From positions 3,069,344 to 3,133,343 of the forward strand of contig CM082584.2 of the NCBI GenBank assembly GCA_040954595.2: a stretch of DNA of 64,000 bases. Direction: 5' to 3'. Numbering within the stretch: the first letter of the stretch is position 1; each line of letters starts with the position of its first letter. Source of the DNA: Balanoglossus misakiensis. Lineage: Eukaryota; Animalia; Hemichordata. Under the pieces are notes generated by a model. It made no database searches and was not told the DNA's origin. It saw only the letters and a list, made by a program, of their open reading frames with translations. The position numbers and the translations under genes are program-made. Shown here one piece after another: positions 25,801 through 40,288 of this stretch.

Positions 25801-26864
25801 GACTCTTTGAGACTGCGCTTGAAACGAAAAGTGCATTGCCCTCGCCAAAGCACTGAGTCAGATCTTGTTCACCGGGTTCGCTCGTACTACCGCCCTGAAT
25901 TTTACCACACGCTACCTCTCCAAGTTTCTCCTTCTGTAACCTGCATGGAATTCCGATAACATCACAATTGCAATACAGTGACTATGTTATTAGTTGCACT
26001 ATGACTACCAGACAGGCGCTTTACTTGATGCCTTTGTTTAATGAAATATCAATTTATGAACAGAGACTCAGAGTTTTGTTTTTAAAGGGAAAACAGCTTG
26101 GGGTCACTACTTTATCACGACCGTTGTCGTCGGCGCTTTTTAATCACTGTTTGTACTTGCGAATTGCTCCTTTAAAATATGGATGCATGATAGCTTCCGC
26201 GTACCTGGGTCACATGCAACAAAAAGCTCACGAGCTGACGCGCAGTGCCATACTGCCAAATTGCGGCATAGAATACATACCGGTAAATCAGACTTCTCGT
26301 AGCGAAGTTTTCACGGATTACAGAAATACAAAGCACACCAGGAGATGTATTTCCCTTCGCCTGCGATGAGTTATTCCAGAGCCCATCAGTTATTCATCGC
26401 AACACATGGACAACTTGACAAATGTTTTCACAAGCCTGCGTTAATTATGCACCTCACCACAGAACCATTGTAGTTGGAATTTGAATATGACAGGTGTAAA
26501 TGTTCAACTGTAAATTTTCAAGCTGCAAGCGAATGGCGCATCTCTGACGAAAGTCCCATTTCACGGATCTTTTCGCGGAAAGGGAAATCGACCCAATTCC
26601 CGTGCACAGTATGTCGAAGCTAATGTAACAAGTACACATCTAGGTTTTGGCGATGTAATCATGAACTCGGTGTAGAATGGCACGATTGGTAGTTGAATTA
26701 CTACCAATACCCCCGGTTAATCTCGAACCCAGATTAAAGTGTAAATAGGTAATCTTCGCTGTTTTTAAAGTCACGATCGACACGAGACACGTGGCACCCC
26801 ACCTTTTTTATAGCAAAATATGCAAACCTGCCTGAACTTGGTGCGCACTTACCTGCCGGTATTT

Positions 26865-27167
26865 TAGTTTCAGGTTACCCAGAATCCTCTGCTTCTTCCG
26901 CTTCGCTCCAGAAAGCGGGTCTTGGGAAATACTATTACTACAATGTATAGGAAAAGTCTCCGAGCAAAGAGGGCCGACTAGAGGCAAAAGCGATGCATGA
27001 TGGTCGACATTTATGACAATTCATATTACAATATGACGATATTAGAAAACTATTTACCAAACTTTTCTCTCTCTCTTCACTTTGTGGACAGTTTCAGCAG
27101 GTCCAGCACCCAGACCCTCTTTCTGGGGCGCAGCGGAAGAAGCAGAGGGGTCTGGGTAACCGAGCTA
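26865..27167. mobile_element. Small element bounded by inverted copies of a ~60-bp mini-hairpin
   Basis: ggttacccagaatcctctgcttcttccgcttcgctccagaaagcgggtcttggg is inverted at cccagaccctctttctggggcgcagcggaagaagcagaggggtctgggtaacc; each end is itself self-complementary. Confidence 0.6.
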
Positions 27168-30100
27168 GCAGGCCAAAGGTCATACACGGCGCCCTCTAGA
27201 GAGGCTACGAAGTTGGGTGCACTTGCGCAACGTCTTTATGCACCCATCGTATTTATACATCACCAGTACACCAAGTATAGAGCAAAACATTTATATGTAC
27301 CACTATCATCCACAGACGTGTAGCTTCATCAGGCATAAAGCCTTTTTCTTTCATTCTCAAAACAACGTCGCGAGTTTTGTTATTTCCCCGTCATGAACGC
27401 ATGACCCAAGGGCCCTCTGATTAGGCCTAAGGATGCGTACTGCTGCATCGCTAACCATTCGGTTAAAAGCCGTTTTTGCACCCAGGGAGGATAATCCAAC
27501 AAAAGTAATGGTAAGATGAAACGTGTTGTTTGAAAACTATTAAGTAACAACTGAACTGACTTTTACAGACAGAGGTTATACATAATTGTGTTTACTTCTG
27601 TGTGTACAGAGGAAAACCCAACATGCGATGTTCAGTCGAGTAAACAGTGTTCCCATAATTCTTATTTAATACGCAATGGAATTTACTTCAACTGCCGATC
27701 GAGTACGAATGCAACTTCCTTAGCTGGGAGAATCATCTACGATTGTTGATTTTTTTTTCAATCGTTATAAAGGAGTATGAACATAGCCCAGAATTCGTTG
27801 ACCCAATGGATCCCCCGGCCCGATTATTCCGTCAGTATGTTGAATAAAATATTTGTGTGGGCAAGTATAATCCGACATTATATATTTATGAAGCCACATT
27901 AGTTCCTCTGAGCTTCTGCACTGGCGATGTCCTGTTTAAACCGATCCTTACTATCAATCCTGTTATAACCCAGTTTTTCAAACCGTCAGGGGATAACCTT
28001 TACACGGCTCGCAGAAGCACAGTGGAGATTGATGAATCCGGTGAAGCCCCGCGGAATACACGATCCGATGTTGGATTTCCCGGGAAAGCGCGGGGTCTTT
28101 GCAAAGCATCGCCGGTTATTGATAGCCATAATACACAGGCCCTGCAACCGGGCAACCGTTGAACGCGAAGCTATCATGCCTCTGTGCAAACCGCCAATGG
28201 GCGACGCGCTGATCTTTATATTTCGATGTCAGGAAAGGTGATTTTTTTATCTGAGTATCAAAATGAGCATATTGGAAAGATGCAGATTATAGGCTTCGTT
28301 ATTACCATTGAACTTTGCAGAACCCGACTTTCCAGGGGAGCCTTAGAACTAGGGGAGCGACCTCAAATGCCCCACGGGTATACACACTGCAGTGAAGTTG
28401 TGTCTTTGTCCTTGAACGGTGGGGATTATGATGAGCCTTACAAAACAGACAACCGACTTAGAGTACACTGACTGAAAAATGGAGTCGTGACCCACATGCC
28501 TGCAGAGATATGGGCCATGAAGATGTTTAACACGTTGATACAGCCGTACGTACTTTGCAGGTTTCTTAATGCACAAGCGCCCGTTTGATAATTCAAACAT
28601 TCGTGTCGCTATCTTTGTATTATGAATAAATTTTACTAACTTGACTCGTTGAATGGGCTATATACATATCAAATTGAACTACGTTCACTGCTTTGGTTTT
28701 CAGATTTCAAAACGTTCGCAAAGACCATTATCAATCACGATTCCCCCACCTTTCTCGAGAAGACAGTACATGTATACACACCCTTATTCACCCCAGCAAT
28801 GACATTGGAAGTCCGCAATGCATGTCGGTTGTACATGCATATGCTACGCAGTGCACCCACAAATAAATTTCGCTTAACGAGAGACGGTTAAAGTCTAATT
28901 GTACAAATCGGCCCCTTTTCAGCTTTTGATTCTGCCGACATGTTCGAACGTGCTGACGATGAGATCAACTGATGTCTACCGACGGGGAGAACATAAGCTT
29001 GGCCATAATGCCGAATTGCCGACCAACGAATCAGAGTGAATCTTGAAACCATCATGCAAAACCATTATGATAAGGAAGGGACAACGTCACTGTCAGTCTC
29101 CATGGCAGCCGACATACAGCGCTTCAAACAGCAGTACCCCTGGCACATTCATTATCAGTGTTAATTATTAATTATAGGAAGACAACTGACGAGCGATTGT
29201 CGATGGCACTGCTGAAGACGAGAGCTATATGATAAAACATTGTTTATTCATAGAATTGTGGGATATTCTCCCATACTGTAAGAGCCATTCGATTAACATG
29301 TAAGGTGGCGTTAATTGGCTGTCTTCTCGCTAGTGTGAGATAGCTCATTTCTGTCACGATGTTCACTTCTGAAGAGCGACAGGCTTCCAAGGATACAATC
29401 TAAACGAAGCGGGAAATACGGTCATCGTTTCCAAAAGCCAGCTTAGTTCATCCGACTCAAACGCCTGGCAGCCACGTTTAATGAAGGACCTCTCCTTTGC
29501 GATTAAGTCAAAATGTCGACTTTCCGCAGTGACATTTCAGCTTCTACCGGATGAAAGTTTCGTGAGGAGGATAAATTGCTAGATAAATTGGAAGCGATAA
29601 TGTTCATTCATTATAATCTTGAAATGGGACTTTTGGGGATATGAATAAGAACGGCGATTTTAGAACGTTTGTGGAAAATCCTGCAGGGCACGACAGCAAG
29701 AAAGGTCGCCATTGAACCCCCAAAGGGCAGATGTACAAAAGGCACTACATTTATCCGCTTCCAATTCTTTGTGGCACTTGACGAGTGTATCTCAGGGAAT
29801 AAATCCGTTCCCCTTCAGAACGCCATCCGCAGGCTTCCGTTGTTTCCACTCCGGCACGAGTTTCGCAAGAGCGCGGAGGGTTGTTGTCAAGAGGCTTTAG
29901 ACGTGCAACCCCGCGCCTTTGTATACAATCGCCCACCGGATCACTGTAATCAGTGGAGGATCTACTTTCCCTCGAGAGTCTGTATCATCCGAATTAAACA
30001 AAAGGAGGGTATCAGCTAGAAGCAAGATAGTATTTATTTTAATATTAGCTGTGACAGAATCGAAAGTGATATTTTCAATCATTACATGTTAAATCCGGAA

Positions 30101-33100
30101 GGAAATCAGTCGTCCTCTGTAAGATTGTGTTTTTCTAAAGGTTGCGATATAAGCGCTATCGTTGAGATCACGTGCATAAAACCTTGTTTCCCGTGCTAGT
30201 TCGCCTGCGTAGATGGCTGATTGATTTTCCTTGCAAAAGGTATAAAAAAAACGTTCCATGATACAAAGGGTGCCGCCAATCGTTGATTTTAAGATCGCGC
30301 GTATATGAGAACACGAGGTGAAAGTCCCGGAAAGTCTTAAGTCTGGGGAGGAGGCACTTTGCCATGTGGCAGTTACACTTTGCGCCAAAATCTTGACTTT
30401 CAAGCAACTGTGTCCTCTATAGGACCCATAGCCGGGCGAAAAAAGACTCGTCGAGTGTTGTTATTGCACTAGGTCACCGCGACGCAAACACCAGCAGAAA
30501 TATAAGGCAGACGTCATGAATGCGGAGCAGTATGACACTCGCTAGAGATTCGTTATAAAGCCAAGAGGGGCAAACAGTATTACCAGAGTGGACGGCCATC
30601 TGTTCATTACCGGCATCGCCGGGATCATTTATCTCGCTATACTCGACAGTTAAGTAAGAAATGTGCCCCAGTGGCTCGACACCTGGAATCAGAAAACACT
30701 AACGATTCTACCCTATTTAGTTTGCTTTTTTCCACAAACATCTTTGACGTTTGCTTTCCGCGAAAGTAGCATTCACGGTGTAACAGGAGGTTCACAGTAA
30801 CCATGCGCAATAAATGGAACAGGCAACAGAGAATATGATCATAAAATAGACCCTCAATGGACGAGAATATGTTGGGGTAGTGGATCCACTTCAGTACATC
30901 AAGAGACTGAACGAGATACATGAACACACAAAACAATTATCTAAAATGTTACTATCCCTGGTTAGACCCATGACTGCATATTATTTAAATACTGTAAATA
31001 CTTTAAGCTATATGCTAATATCTGTCTTGTGAGTAACTGCAGCTAGCTCAGATTAAAAGGTGCGCTAAAACTTCTATGGTGGGTAAATTGAATGTATGAT
31101 TCATGAACGTTTTCTAAAAGTCTTGGTCTTTCGAAGATCAGCAGAAGATATAAATCAGAATCAGAGCTTTTGCAGCGATTTGCCTTGAGCAATGTCACAT
31201 CTCTCAGAAATGCCGGATTGCCTTACTTGTATGGGGATGCATGATTTACTGTGAAATGGTGAAAATTGTTGTTCAGTGTGAGTCGACGATTGCCATGTAT
31301 TGTGCGACGTCCTTGATGTTGACTACATGTAGTGTTGTGCAATATAGCATCGTGGGCGTTTTTTCGCAAAGTGCTATTCGTCTTAGTGCACGGAGCTGAA
31401 AAGTCTGATTTATGGATGGTGGGCGAGATCGCATTTCATTCTATCGAGTAGGTTAGTGCTGCGGAAAGATTCTATCGCCAAAGAATAGGAATGAATCCTT
31501 CGCAAGTTTGTGGCTTGGATCGTGTCGTGAGCATGTTAATGAGTTAATGATAAGTGTGAATTTTAAAAGACAGTCCACCGATTTCCAGCATTAGTGTGGT
31601 GTCGTCCGTTGAAAATTTGATATTGACCTTTCTAGGCTATAATATCGAGTAATTAGAAAGGTTTGTTGATTTTACTAGTTTCAGGCACCAAAGAATTACA
31701 ATCGTGCATTTTGGCCTTCACCCTTCTATTACTGATGCGTTCGTTGTGCAGACGATATAAGCTGAGGGGCGGGGAATAAAAACAAATCGTCGCACTCGTT
31801 TCGACTTTCGGTTAATTTCATTGTCCATTTCCTGGAACAAATCGATCGACTGAATAAACGGGTGAATAGATGACAACTTAATTGTACGGGATCCTGCATT
31901 GCCGCTGGCCATTCAGGTTGTTTTGAAACTCGAACAGGTCATAACCGATGGCATCTCAGTGGGACATCAAACATGGTGCGCACGGCGAAGTCGGTCTGAT
32001 CGGATCGGATCACAAGTATACGGTAAAATTGCATTACTAACCGCGCGCATACACCACTGCGTAATTACGTGTAACTAGATGGATCATGTAAATGAAATCA
32101 ATTTTGGAAGACGGTACGTCTACCAAATCTGTGCAAAATGCCAGCTTAATGTCACATTCGCCAAGATGATTCGTTGTATACCTGTCTAAAGATGAACCAA
32201 AGTAATCACTGCGTATGAATGAAGAAATGTCCTCTTGGAAGTTGGAATGCCAGTTCTAATGTTCCATTAATATTCCGCGCCTGAGGGGCCACCTTCATTC
32301 AACTTGCATCCTGTCCTGTCTATAAGTCATGCAGTATTTATTCAGTGTCTGCAGATCACTGAACTGTGTGTCACCCGTGTAAATATTTTCACTAGGTTAA
32401 GCGCAAATAACGGGATTGTCTATTTGCCAAAATAAAAGTACGCCAGGACACGTGCTACGAACTAGATGTCTTTGACAGCGATGACTTCCTTCGTCCAACT
32501 CAAACTATGTACTTGCTCGCCATCTGTTCAATTCCTCACAGTTGAATCACGCTGCTGGCTTTTGACCCAATTTTCAAAGAGTGATTTGTCTTTTGAATAA
32601 TTATGTAGTCATGCGCCATCAACACCTGCACGGCTTTCTAACTTGTCCTGTAATTCGTCACTTTGGGTCGATCTTGACTGGTGTTGCGTAACGGGAGGAA
32701 CGCATAGCATTCATGACACCTGTTGCCATGCCATGTAGTCGGAGGCGGCCCCTTTTGTCATGGCTCTATTGTTTCTTGGACTTGAATTGAAAGTCTTCTT
32801 CCTTTTGAACGATGAGGAGCATTGGGCTCGTTATGATGTTGTATTGAAATCGTTTGCGTCACTCGCGGCACAACAGGTGCATACGATCTTCTTTTGGTTG
32901 CCATGATAACGTATGATTGATATTACCTTACAGGAAATAAGAATTAAGAATACATGGACTAGTATGTCCAAGGCGTACTGTGTTACTGCCGATGGAATTA
33001 AAAAAAAACAGCTACTTTTCTTCCGCAAGATATCTTGGGAATTACTTGCGTTGTGGTGCACACCTATAACACTATCTCATACCCCCCCCCCCCCCAACGA

Positions 33101-36100
33101 AGTGCACGTAACCGTAAACACAATATGCATTGAGAATATTTGGTCATTTAGTGATAAACCGGTGTGAAATACCGCCACATGTACATAACGCTTGCACGTT
33201 TTCCCTCAACCATTGAGCCTTAAGCTAAAGCGAGTTTTCTGTAAATCATTTGTCGCAGTATCACACTAGAAAGGAAAATTATGGGCATAAGTAATCGAAT
33301 TGTGTTCCCGGTGTTGGAATGACAGGGGTTATTGCGTCAATGTGCTTCACCTCAAACCATTTCAAACTGATTTATACATAATAGTGTGCGCAAATGCGCA
33401 GAGCTCATTGTTCGTAGGGCCATTGTATGGTAGAGCCCAGCCCAGTCGAAAACCAAAAGCCTTAACTCTAGCTACGTGCGCCTGCGCTACTGTTCAGTGA
33501 TTTATCGAGAAGACATAAACATTCTGTTCTCACAGTTATGATGTTTATTATGCCGGTATCGGAAAATATCCCGGGGACCTTGTGATCTCTGGGGTCGAAT
33601 AACACATCATAAGAATCCATTAAATGTGACACTAATGCTTCTGTTATCGTGCTTTTATTCTATCAAAACGCATAATAATGTGGAGATGATTCGGCGTGTC
33701 GAGAACACCTTACAGTATTGTGCGTGATGACGTCACTCGGCGGATTGAATGCCTATCTCCTTCTCCACTGACTGTGTATAGAACCCAGGATCGCTTTGTA
33801 CATGTATAAATGGAGCCTTTTTGCACGCCACCGCCTCGCAGCTTATTTCTGCTGGGGTGGTGTATTCTTTGTTGAAGATCCTCTTCTACATTCAAATTCA
33901 CACGTGTTTTTATTCTGTTCCTAGTAATCTTCCCGGGTAAGTCACCTAGAAACCCAACCCTAATGCGACGGTGCAATGCCTCCCCGCGATTTTGTCACCA
34001 GAACTGCACGTGCGCGATTTCGTGATTCTTCTGCGAAGTGGCAGTGCGGGGTGGCCATTACTATTTGATGTCGTTGCCCGACTTCTTCAAAACTCGGTCT
34101 CCGAGGCACGACATATGTCTTCATTCTTAGAAACATGTACGGTCATCAATATTTTTGAAAAAAAACAAATGCCAATGCGTTGCTGTGATGAACGCCAAGG
34201 AAGTCGATTGAGAAATCACGACTGCACGATCTCAGATAGAATTCCACAGGTTTCAATGTATTCTTGTTTTAATCGAACGACTTAATTTTCAGTACCGTGG
34301 AAATGTTTCCGGGCAGTTTAAAATCGCCGAGTTTCTCAAACCAATCAAAGTCTTTCACCTTTTTAGGCAGATAGAGAGTACGGAATTTTTAAATTCACCC
34401 CATATGAGCAATTCCGAAGATCAAAACTGTGGTCAGAGATTAGAAGCAAGGCCAGTCAAATCGATCAACTACAACTCCCAATACCTTGATTCTCTGCTAC
34501 TGACGAGAAATCTTCCTAATTTCGGTGAATGGGCTTTAGAAAATAGTTGTATAACCTCCCCCAAGGGTTTTAGTTTACTTATTAAGTGACAGAGAACACT
34601 AATAAATTTATCAGGCGAAGTTAATAGATGAAAGTACCGAACTCGTTTTTACCGAATCGCAATTGAAAGCTTCCTGTAAAACACGCACTCAGTCTGACAA
34701 ATAAGAATATTAATAATACACACCCTAGACGGTCGTTTAATGAAATGTTTTTGATGAAAAACATGTCTTTATGAATATCCCTTTGTTATCGCAAGACTTG
34801 TTCTATCCCGCATGGGCCACCCATCTTCCATATTGAATTGTTTGGTTGATAATTTATTCAAACGGTTTAATAGGGATACACCGATATCTCACTCTATTTT
34901 CAGGATGTAAACGACGGACACCAATACGAAAAAACCGGCTGAAATTCGACCCAGCATAATGCATTTTTAATCAGAGGCAGCAGCTGAGCGCAATTTTCTC
35001 AAACCTGATACGATGCAGCCATAACATGCAACTGCATCGGCAAAACTTTACAGTATTCAGCGGGTGATCACGTCTGCTAGTAATCACCATGGCACTGCAA
35101 AGGAGACAAGACAATATTTAAAATCAAAAATGGAACGGATGAAATCACAGAGATCGCAGAAAGACACGCTCATTTCCGTTTCACTTTTAGACGTATGCGT
35201 TGCCGCTGTCAAACGCCCACCGCCTCGCCGGTGCACTTCCAGGTCGATCAACCGGCCATGGTTGTTATGGCGATGATATCATCAAAGATGTGCTTAATAT
35301 TGCTTCTTGACTGCCTCTATCAATCATAACAAGGAAGGGGATGCCATGCTGCAAGCCATTGGGGGCGAGGGATCCCTATTGTGAAGACAGGAAAGACGCC
35401 CCAAAGATGTCATCGTGATTGATCGTTGACTTTGACGCGTGACACCCGTGTTGTAATGGAATTCTCTGAGAGCCGAGCGTCGTGAATGCGGCGCTGATGA
35501 GGAAGTGTACGCACCACCTGTGCGTAGAAGAATAGATCATTACACCTCCAACAACAGGAGTCTTAATATCTTCACATGGGCAGTGTGTGGCGAAACGTGC
35601 ATTGTGTTGACTCTCCCACCATGCACGATTCCGACGGCGTCTAGATTGCACAACACGAGATACTTCCGCCGGCGGAAATGAGGAAATTGACGACACCCAA
35701 CGGAAAGACGCCCCGTGAATATGACGATCAAAACTGACGACTGGTATTTTAATTTCCTATAAAAACATAACCCAATGTATTTGTTCTCAAGCAGCTCCGA
35801 CAGCGGACAGGACAAATCGTCTATTTTTCCGTTTTCATTGACCTCTCGTGACACACTCGGAAACTTCAAAAACAATATTGCCGACTATGAATTCTTAGTA
35901 TTCCAACAAAATATGAAAGCATACAATAAAGCGATTAGTGCTAGGGCTTGTCTGATAAGAGTGACAACTCATAAGCATACCAGAGAGCAAGAAACAAACG
36001 GCACGAACGACTGTTTGCCTTTTAGAGTCATATAGCGCATCTCCGTGCATTAAGACGATTTTTTTCAGGAAATGCGCGGGATTATTGGAATATACGACAG

Positions 36101-38260
36101 GCAGAAGCAGCTTTTGATTCAAGTCATCACTTATTACAAATCGACTTCATGCACATGTGTTCAACCCGCTCCAAACCATTCATCATGATTTTCATCTCCT
36201 CTCATCAGCGGTGAAATCCGTGTAAAGTGACAATTGATCAAATATCCTCAAGATAGCAGAGAATAATATAGACGGCCGACATTGTAAGGCGGTTGATCAG
36301 TGAGACATACTAACTTTCTTTGCTCGGGTCGAACGCATGCGCGAGTTGTTTTTTCATTCAGCACCGCTATTTACCAGACTGTGTGTGTGTCGTTTGACAA
36401 ATTGGTGCAGGTAAAAATAACTTGCGAAAACATTTGCGCAATTGCGAGAGAGAAAAACACCACCCTTGGACTTTTTTTCACGTCTCACGTGGCAGTCACA
36501 GGAAGAACCGTGACTGTAGGTAATTACTCGAGGTGGTATCATTGACGTAGTCAACAAGCCCCAAGTTTCCCCTTACCACTCATTAAAGTAAACATATGCA
36601 CAATTATAATAACTCCACAATGATTTGTCGGGCAAGAAATGATACCTGGATACCGGTAATAAGATCCCCTTATAGAGTTGGACATCGCGTTAATTGACAT
36701 CGACGCCCTACTTGGGGCAATTATTATCCTCTAATGATAAGACGGTTGGCCATCCTTTCATCCTGTTGCTTTCCCTGTTGCCATCTTATTCTTCCGTTTG
36801 TCTTCCTCGGTGGAATATGCCCCCCCCCCCCTTCTTACATCTCTGTTCAGTCACGGGATTGTTTTTCTCCCTATTAGAAAACCATACATTTATTGAACTC
36901 TTTTCTATTGGTTGTTTTCCTTATTAGTGGGCGGAATAGCGAGAGCCCTTTGCTTCTGTAAGGAATAAACTAAATGAATGTGAACTTCAGCGTACTGATA
37001 AGCTTAAAACTTGTTCAACTGTGTTTGGCAGATACAATAAAGCTGCAGCCTTCTGGTACTACATATTCAGGTACATCATCGCATGTTGCAATCGCATTAT
37101 CCGACCTTATCAAATGCAATGAAAGAAAATCTACTGGCTAGTAATAAAATGATTTTCTCATTCGTCTCCTTCGAATAGATATGATGGGATTATATTGTAA
37201 CAATTAAGCATGTCACGTGGCGGTTGCCATGGCATTGACGGTTGAATATTCGATTTTAACTGCGGTGAAAATAAAGCAATGCCCAAGACTTATTAGAGAC
37301 GAGCAGTTACTACATGTTTATTAAAAACAACAAAAACAACATCATAATCATATTCATAAGATATTAGAGATGTTTCTGTCAGAGTTTTTGAGCTTCCATT
37401 TAGTTATATTTAATGGTTGTGTTTTATCGACTTCCCGTGACTCTTTGGAGAACAAAAGCTGACTGAAACAATACCAACGATTCTCCTCCGAGATCGAGTC
37501 GGTGGTTGCTCTGCGCATGCCCACTCGAGTAATGGTTATTCGAATGCGTGAAACAAGCTCGCTCGTCATTTGATGCACTGCCTCGATGTGAACTGCAAGT
37601 CCACCCACAATCGGAAAGAATAATGAACACGCGATTGCCTAAGTTGTGTCTGTTCCATTCATTCAAGGCACTCAGTTGTAAACAGTTCGGCGGCTGCAGA
37701 CGACGCTAGGCAACAACGCCGCTTGTGAGCGTAGGATCCTCCTAACGCATAACGCTAGCCGCACAGAGATATCACTGGACGATTATTGAATCAAACCCGA
37801 ACGCGATCTGTAGCGCACTGGGATACGTATATATGATGTCAAAGACGGAATGGACAGGAGCAGTACATCGATCTTGAAGCCTATGGTAAACTTTCGTTTT
37901 TATTGGTAAAATCAGCCAAGATCATGAAGATCGCACATACAGAAGACATATTATACAAGACCGAGACAGAGAAGGGAAATGATCTATGTACGTACTGTTT
38001 ATCGTGAACTGAACACCATTCAGCATTACAATTTTTTCAATGGTGGAATAAGTACGTATTAACCTGTGTTGATGCCATTGACAACGTAATTTGTATAACT
38101 TCCTTGAAAATTTTACAGACGGGTTGTACGTTTAACTCTCCGTCCGTCGACGCGCACGCGAATGCACTTGCCGAACGGAGTTTGCCCGTGTTACACATGA
38201 CTCACTGGTTTGCTTCGCGTGTTCTTAGTGTATACATTGAAGGTGTTTCTTGTACCGGAG

Positions 38261-40288
38261 ATGAATTTGTCCTTTACGGACACACATCGGGTAGACACGG
38301 ACTCGCTTCATCTGGGTGTGATGGTCGTATCTGGTGTCCTGCTTGTCGTGACATTCATAGTCGGAATTGTCGGCAACGCGCTCGTTTGCCTCAGTGTCTA
38401 CAGAGCGAAATTTCTGAGGACGGCCAATAACGCCTTACTCGTCAACCTCGCCGTGGCTGACATAGCGACGTGTGCCTTTACTGTCCCGCTGGTGATCGCC
38501 ATCGTGCTGACCAACGGCGTCGACCCGAGTGTCGACCTGGGCGACGGCCTTTGCGCCACGCAGGCGTTCTTTCACACGTGCTGTAGTTGCACTCAGTTGA
38601 TAACGCTGGCGGCTATCAGCGTGGAGAGATACTATGCCATCGCCCATCCTTTCAAGACGAAGCATCGGAGAAAGCGCGTGACGGGCGGGATCGTCATCGC
38701 GTGGGCGATCGGCGTGATATTAGCTCTGCTCACAGCGGTGAAATTCAGAATCTCGCCGCTGTACACCTTATGCAAGGGAGACCGCCTGTATTATATCTCG
38801 CACGACAACACTGTGACATCCAGCTCGTCATTTATTGCCCCAATCGGGGGGATATCACTTATCGTCATCATCGTCTTTTACACTCGCATTTGGTCGACTG
38901 TTCACAAGCATAACAAAAGCATGGATCAAGGAATTACCCCGACGACGGCGAAAAACAAAGTAGCCCCCATTCAGAAGCCCGAGGTAACCATGACGACGCA
39001 CGTGGATGCTCACTCTTATGTGACAGTCCGGTTGGGTACCCCCAAAAAGATGAACGGAATTGTGGCGACACTCTCTCCCGTAAACAGTGTTGAGACCGAC
39101 ATGGACAAAATAGGCAAAGATGGTGTTTGCGATGCCAGTGATAGAGAAAGAGTTAAGGTTGAAAGTACCGACGTGACGAGCGGGGCTCAGTTGGCGAGTG
39201 ATAGAACACAAGATTCGCCAACTTCGCAAGCGTCATTGCCAGACGTGTTGTGTACTAATTCAGTTGACGGACATAGAAAACGGATGGGGAATTACAGGGG
39301 ATCGGGGGACGGTGTAAACGCGAATCAGGAAATTAAACCCGGAGGAGTATGCGCCACCTCGCCTGCAGTGTTGTCTGTGGACGGAGAAATTGAACCTGAA
39401 CATCATGGGCGCGTTGTCAATGCCATTTCGACAGGCTGCGACGATTTCGCTGAAGATGACGTTTTGCCGAGGGAAGCTGGGACCCATTGCCTAGGCAACG
39501 ACAGACCGGTCGCAGAACGAGTTGAATGCTTCAGCGATGCGAACGAAATCGTGCAAGTGGAAAATGGCGCACGATCGAAGACTGACAGGTCCACCAAGTC
39601 AAAAGAAGACATAGAAAACACTGGTTTCCTTGACAACACCAACATCACCACGTCAGTGACTGAATTGACCCACGAAACGGTAAGTAGGGCGTCTGGGGTA
39701 GACGTTCAAAACTATCAGGGAGAACCCGCCGAAGGAACAAGCCCAGCCCAGCCGAAAACCAGCAGAAATACCTTGGAGATCAAAAATGAACTTACTGCTA
39801 ACGACACTCCAGTCTGTGTGAACGTCATCGGGCCCGAGGAGAACGCTACTAAGTCTGCCAGCGTACGTGCAAAGGCAAACGACGCAGCGATGTTGACTGT
39901 TCCCGCCGGCGGGGAACCAGTAGTGAACTCGTCGCAGGAAGAACTGTACGGTAACGTCTGCGTCATGAATACCTCAGCCAAGGAGAGAGGGAGGCGGCGC
40001 GTAGAAGCCAGGACGGCTAAGAGGGCCTGGTACATCATAGGATCGTTCATCATCTGTTGGATGCCTCTGCCTATCGTTACTCTTATCATCGCCTTTCACG
40101 GAGATTACCTGCTTCGTAAAAACTTTTTCTACGAGCTTGAGGTTTGTTCCGTTTCCATTGCAATGTTTGGTGCTGCTTTGAACCCAGTGGTCTATGTTCT
40201 TGTAAACAAACAATTTAAAACCGAGTTCATCAAAATCTTACAAGGGTTTGCTTGTATATGTAACCGTAAAATGGGGTGCTGCCAATGA
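38261..40288 (+). CDS. Class A (rhodopsin-like) GPCR, single coding exon, ligand unknown, very long ICL3
   Basis: Open frame; likely start ATG at 38261 (MNLS, N-glycosylation sequon), 675 aa. Motifs: TM1 GIVGN, TM2 NLAVAD, TM3 C..ISVERY, TM4 W, TM5 P..IIVFY, TM6 FIICWMP, TM7 NPVVY, helix 8 FKTEF, C-terminal CC. Possible 5' UTR acceptor ttttacag ending at 38118. Confidence 0.92.
   Translation: MNLSFTDTHRVDTDSLHLGVMVVSGVLLVVTFIVGIVGNALVCLSVYRAKFLRTANNALLVNLAVADIATCAFTVPLVIAIVLTNGVDPSVDLGDGLCATQAFFHTCCSCTQLITLAAISVERYYAIAHPFKTKHRRKRVTGGIVIAWAIGVILALLTAVKFRISPLYTLCKGDRLYYISHDNTVTSSSSFIAPIGGISLIVIIVFYTRIWSTVHKHNKSMDQGITPTTAKNKVAPIQKPEVTMTTHVDAHSYVTVRLGTPKKMNGIVATLSPVNSVETDMDKIGKDGVCDASDRERVKVESTDVTSGAQLASDRTQDSPTSQASLPDVLCTNSVDGHRKRMGNYRGSGDGVNANQEIKPGGVCATSPAVLSVDGEIEPEHHGRVVNAISTGCDDFAEDDVLPREAGTHCLGNDRPVAERVECFSDANEIVQVENGARSKTDRSTKSKEDIENTGFLDNTNITTSVTELTHETVSRASGVDVQNYQGEPAEGTSPAQPKTSRNTLEIKNELTANDTPVCVNVIGPEENATKSASVRAKANDAAMLTVPAGGEPVVNSSQEELYGNVCVMNTSAKERGRRRVEARTAKRAWYIIGSFIICWMPLPIVTLIIAFHGDYLLRKNFFYELEVCSVSIAMFGAALNPVVYVLVNKQFKTEFIKILQGFACICNRKMGCCQ

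Noticed and set aside
38855-40213. Antisense ORFs over the GPCR
   Set aside because: Shadow frames of a GC-richer coding sequence.
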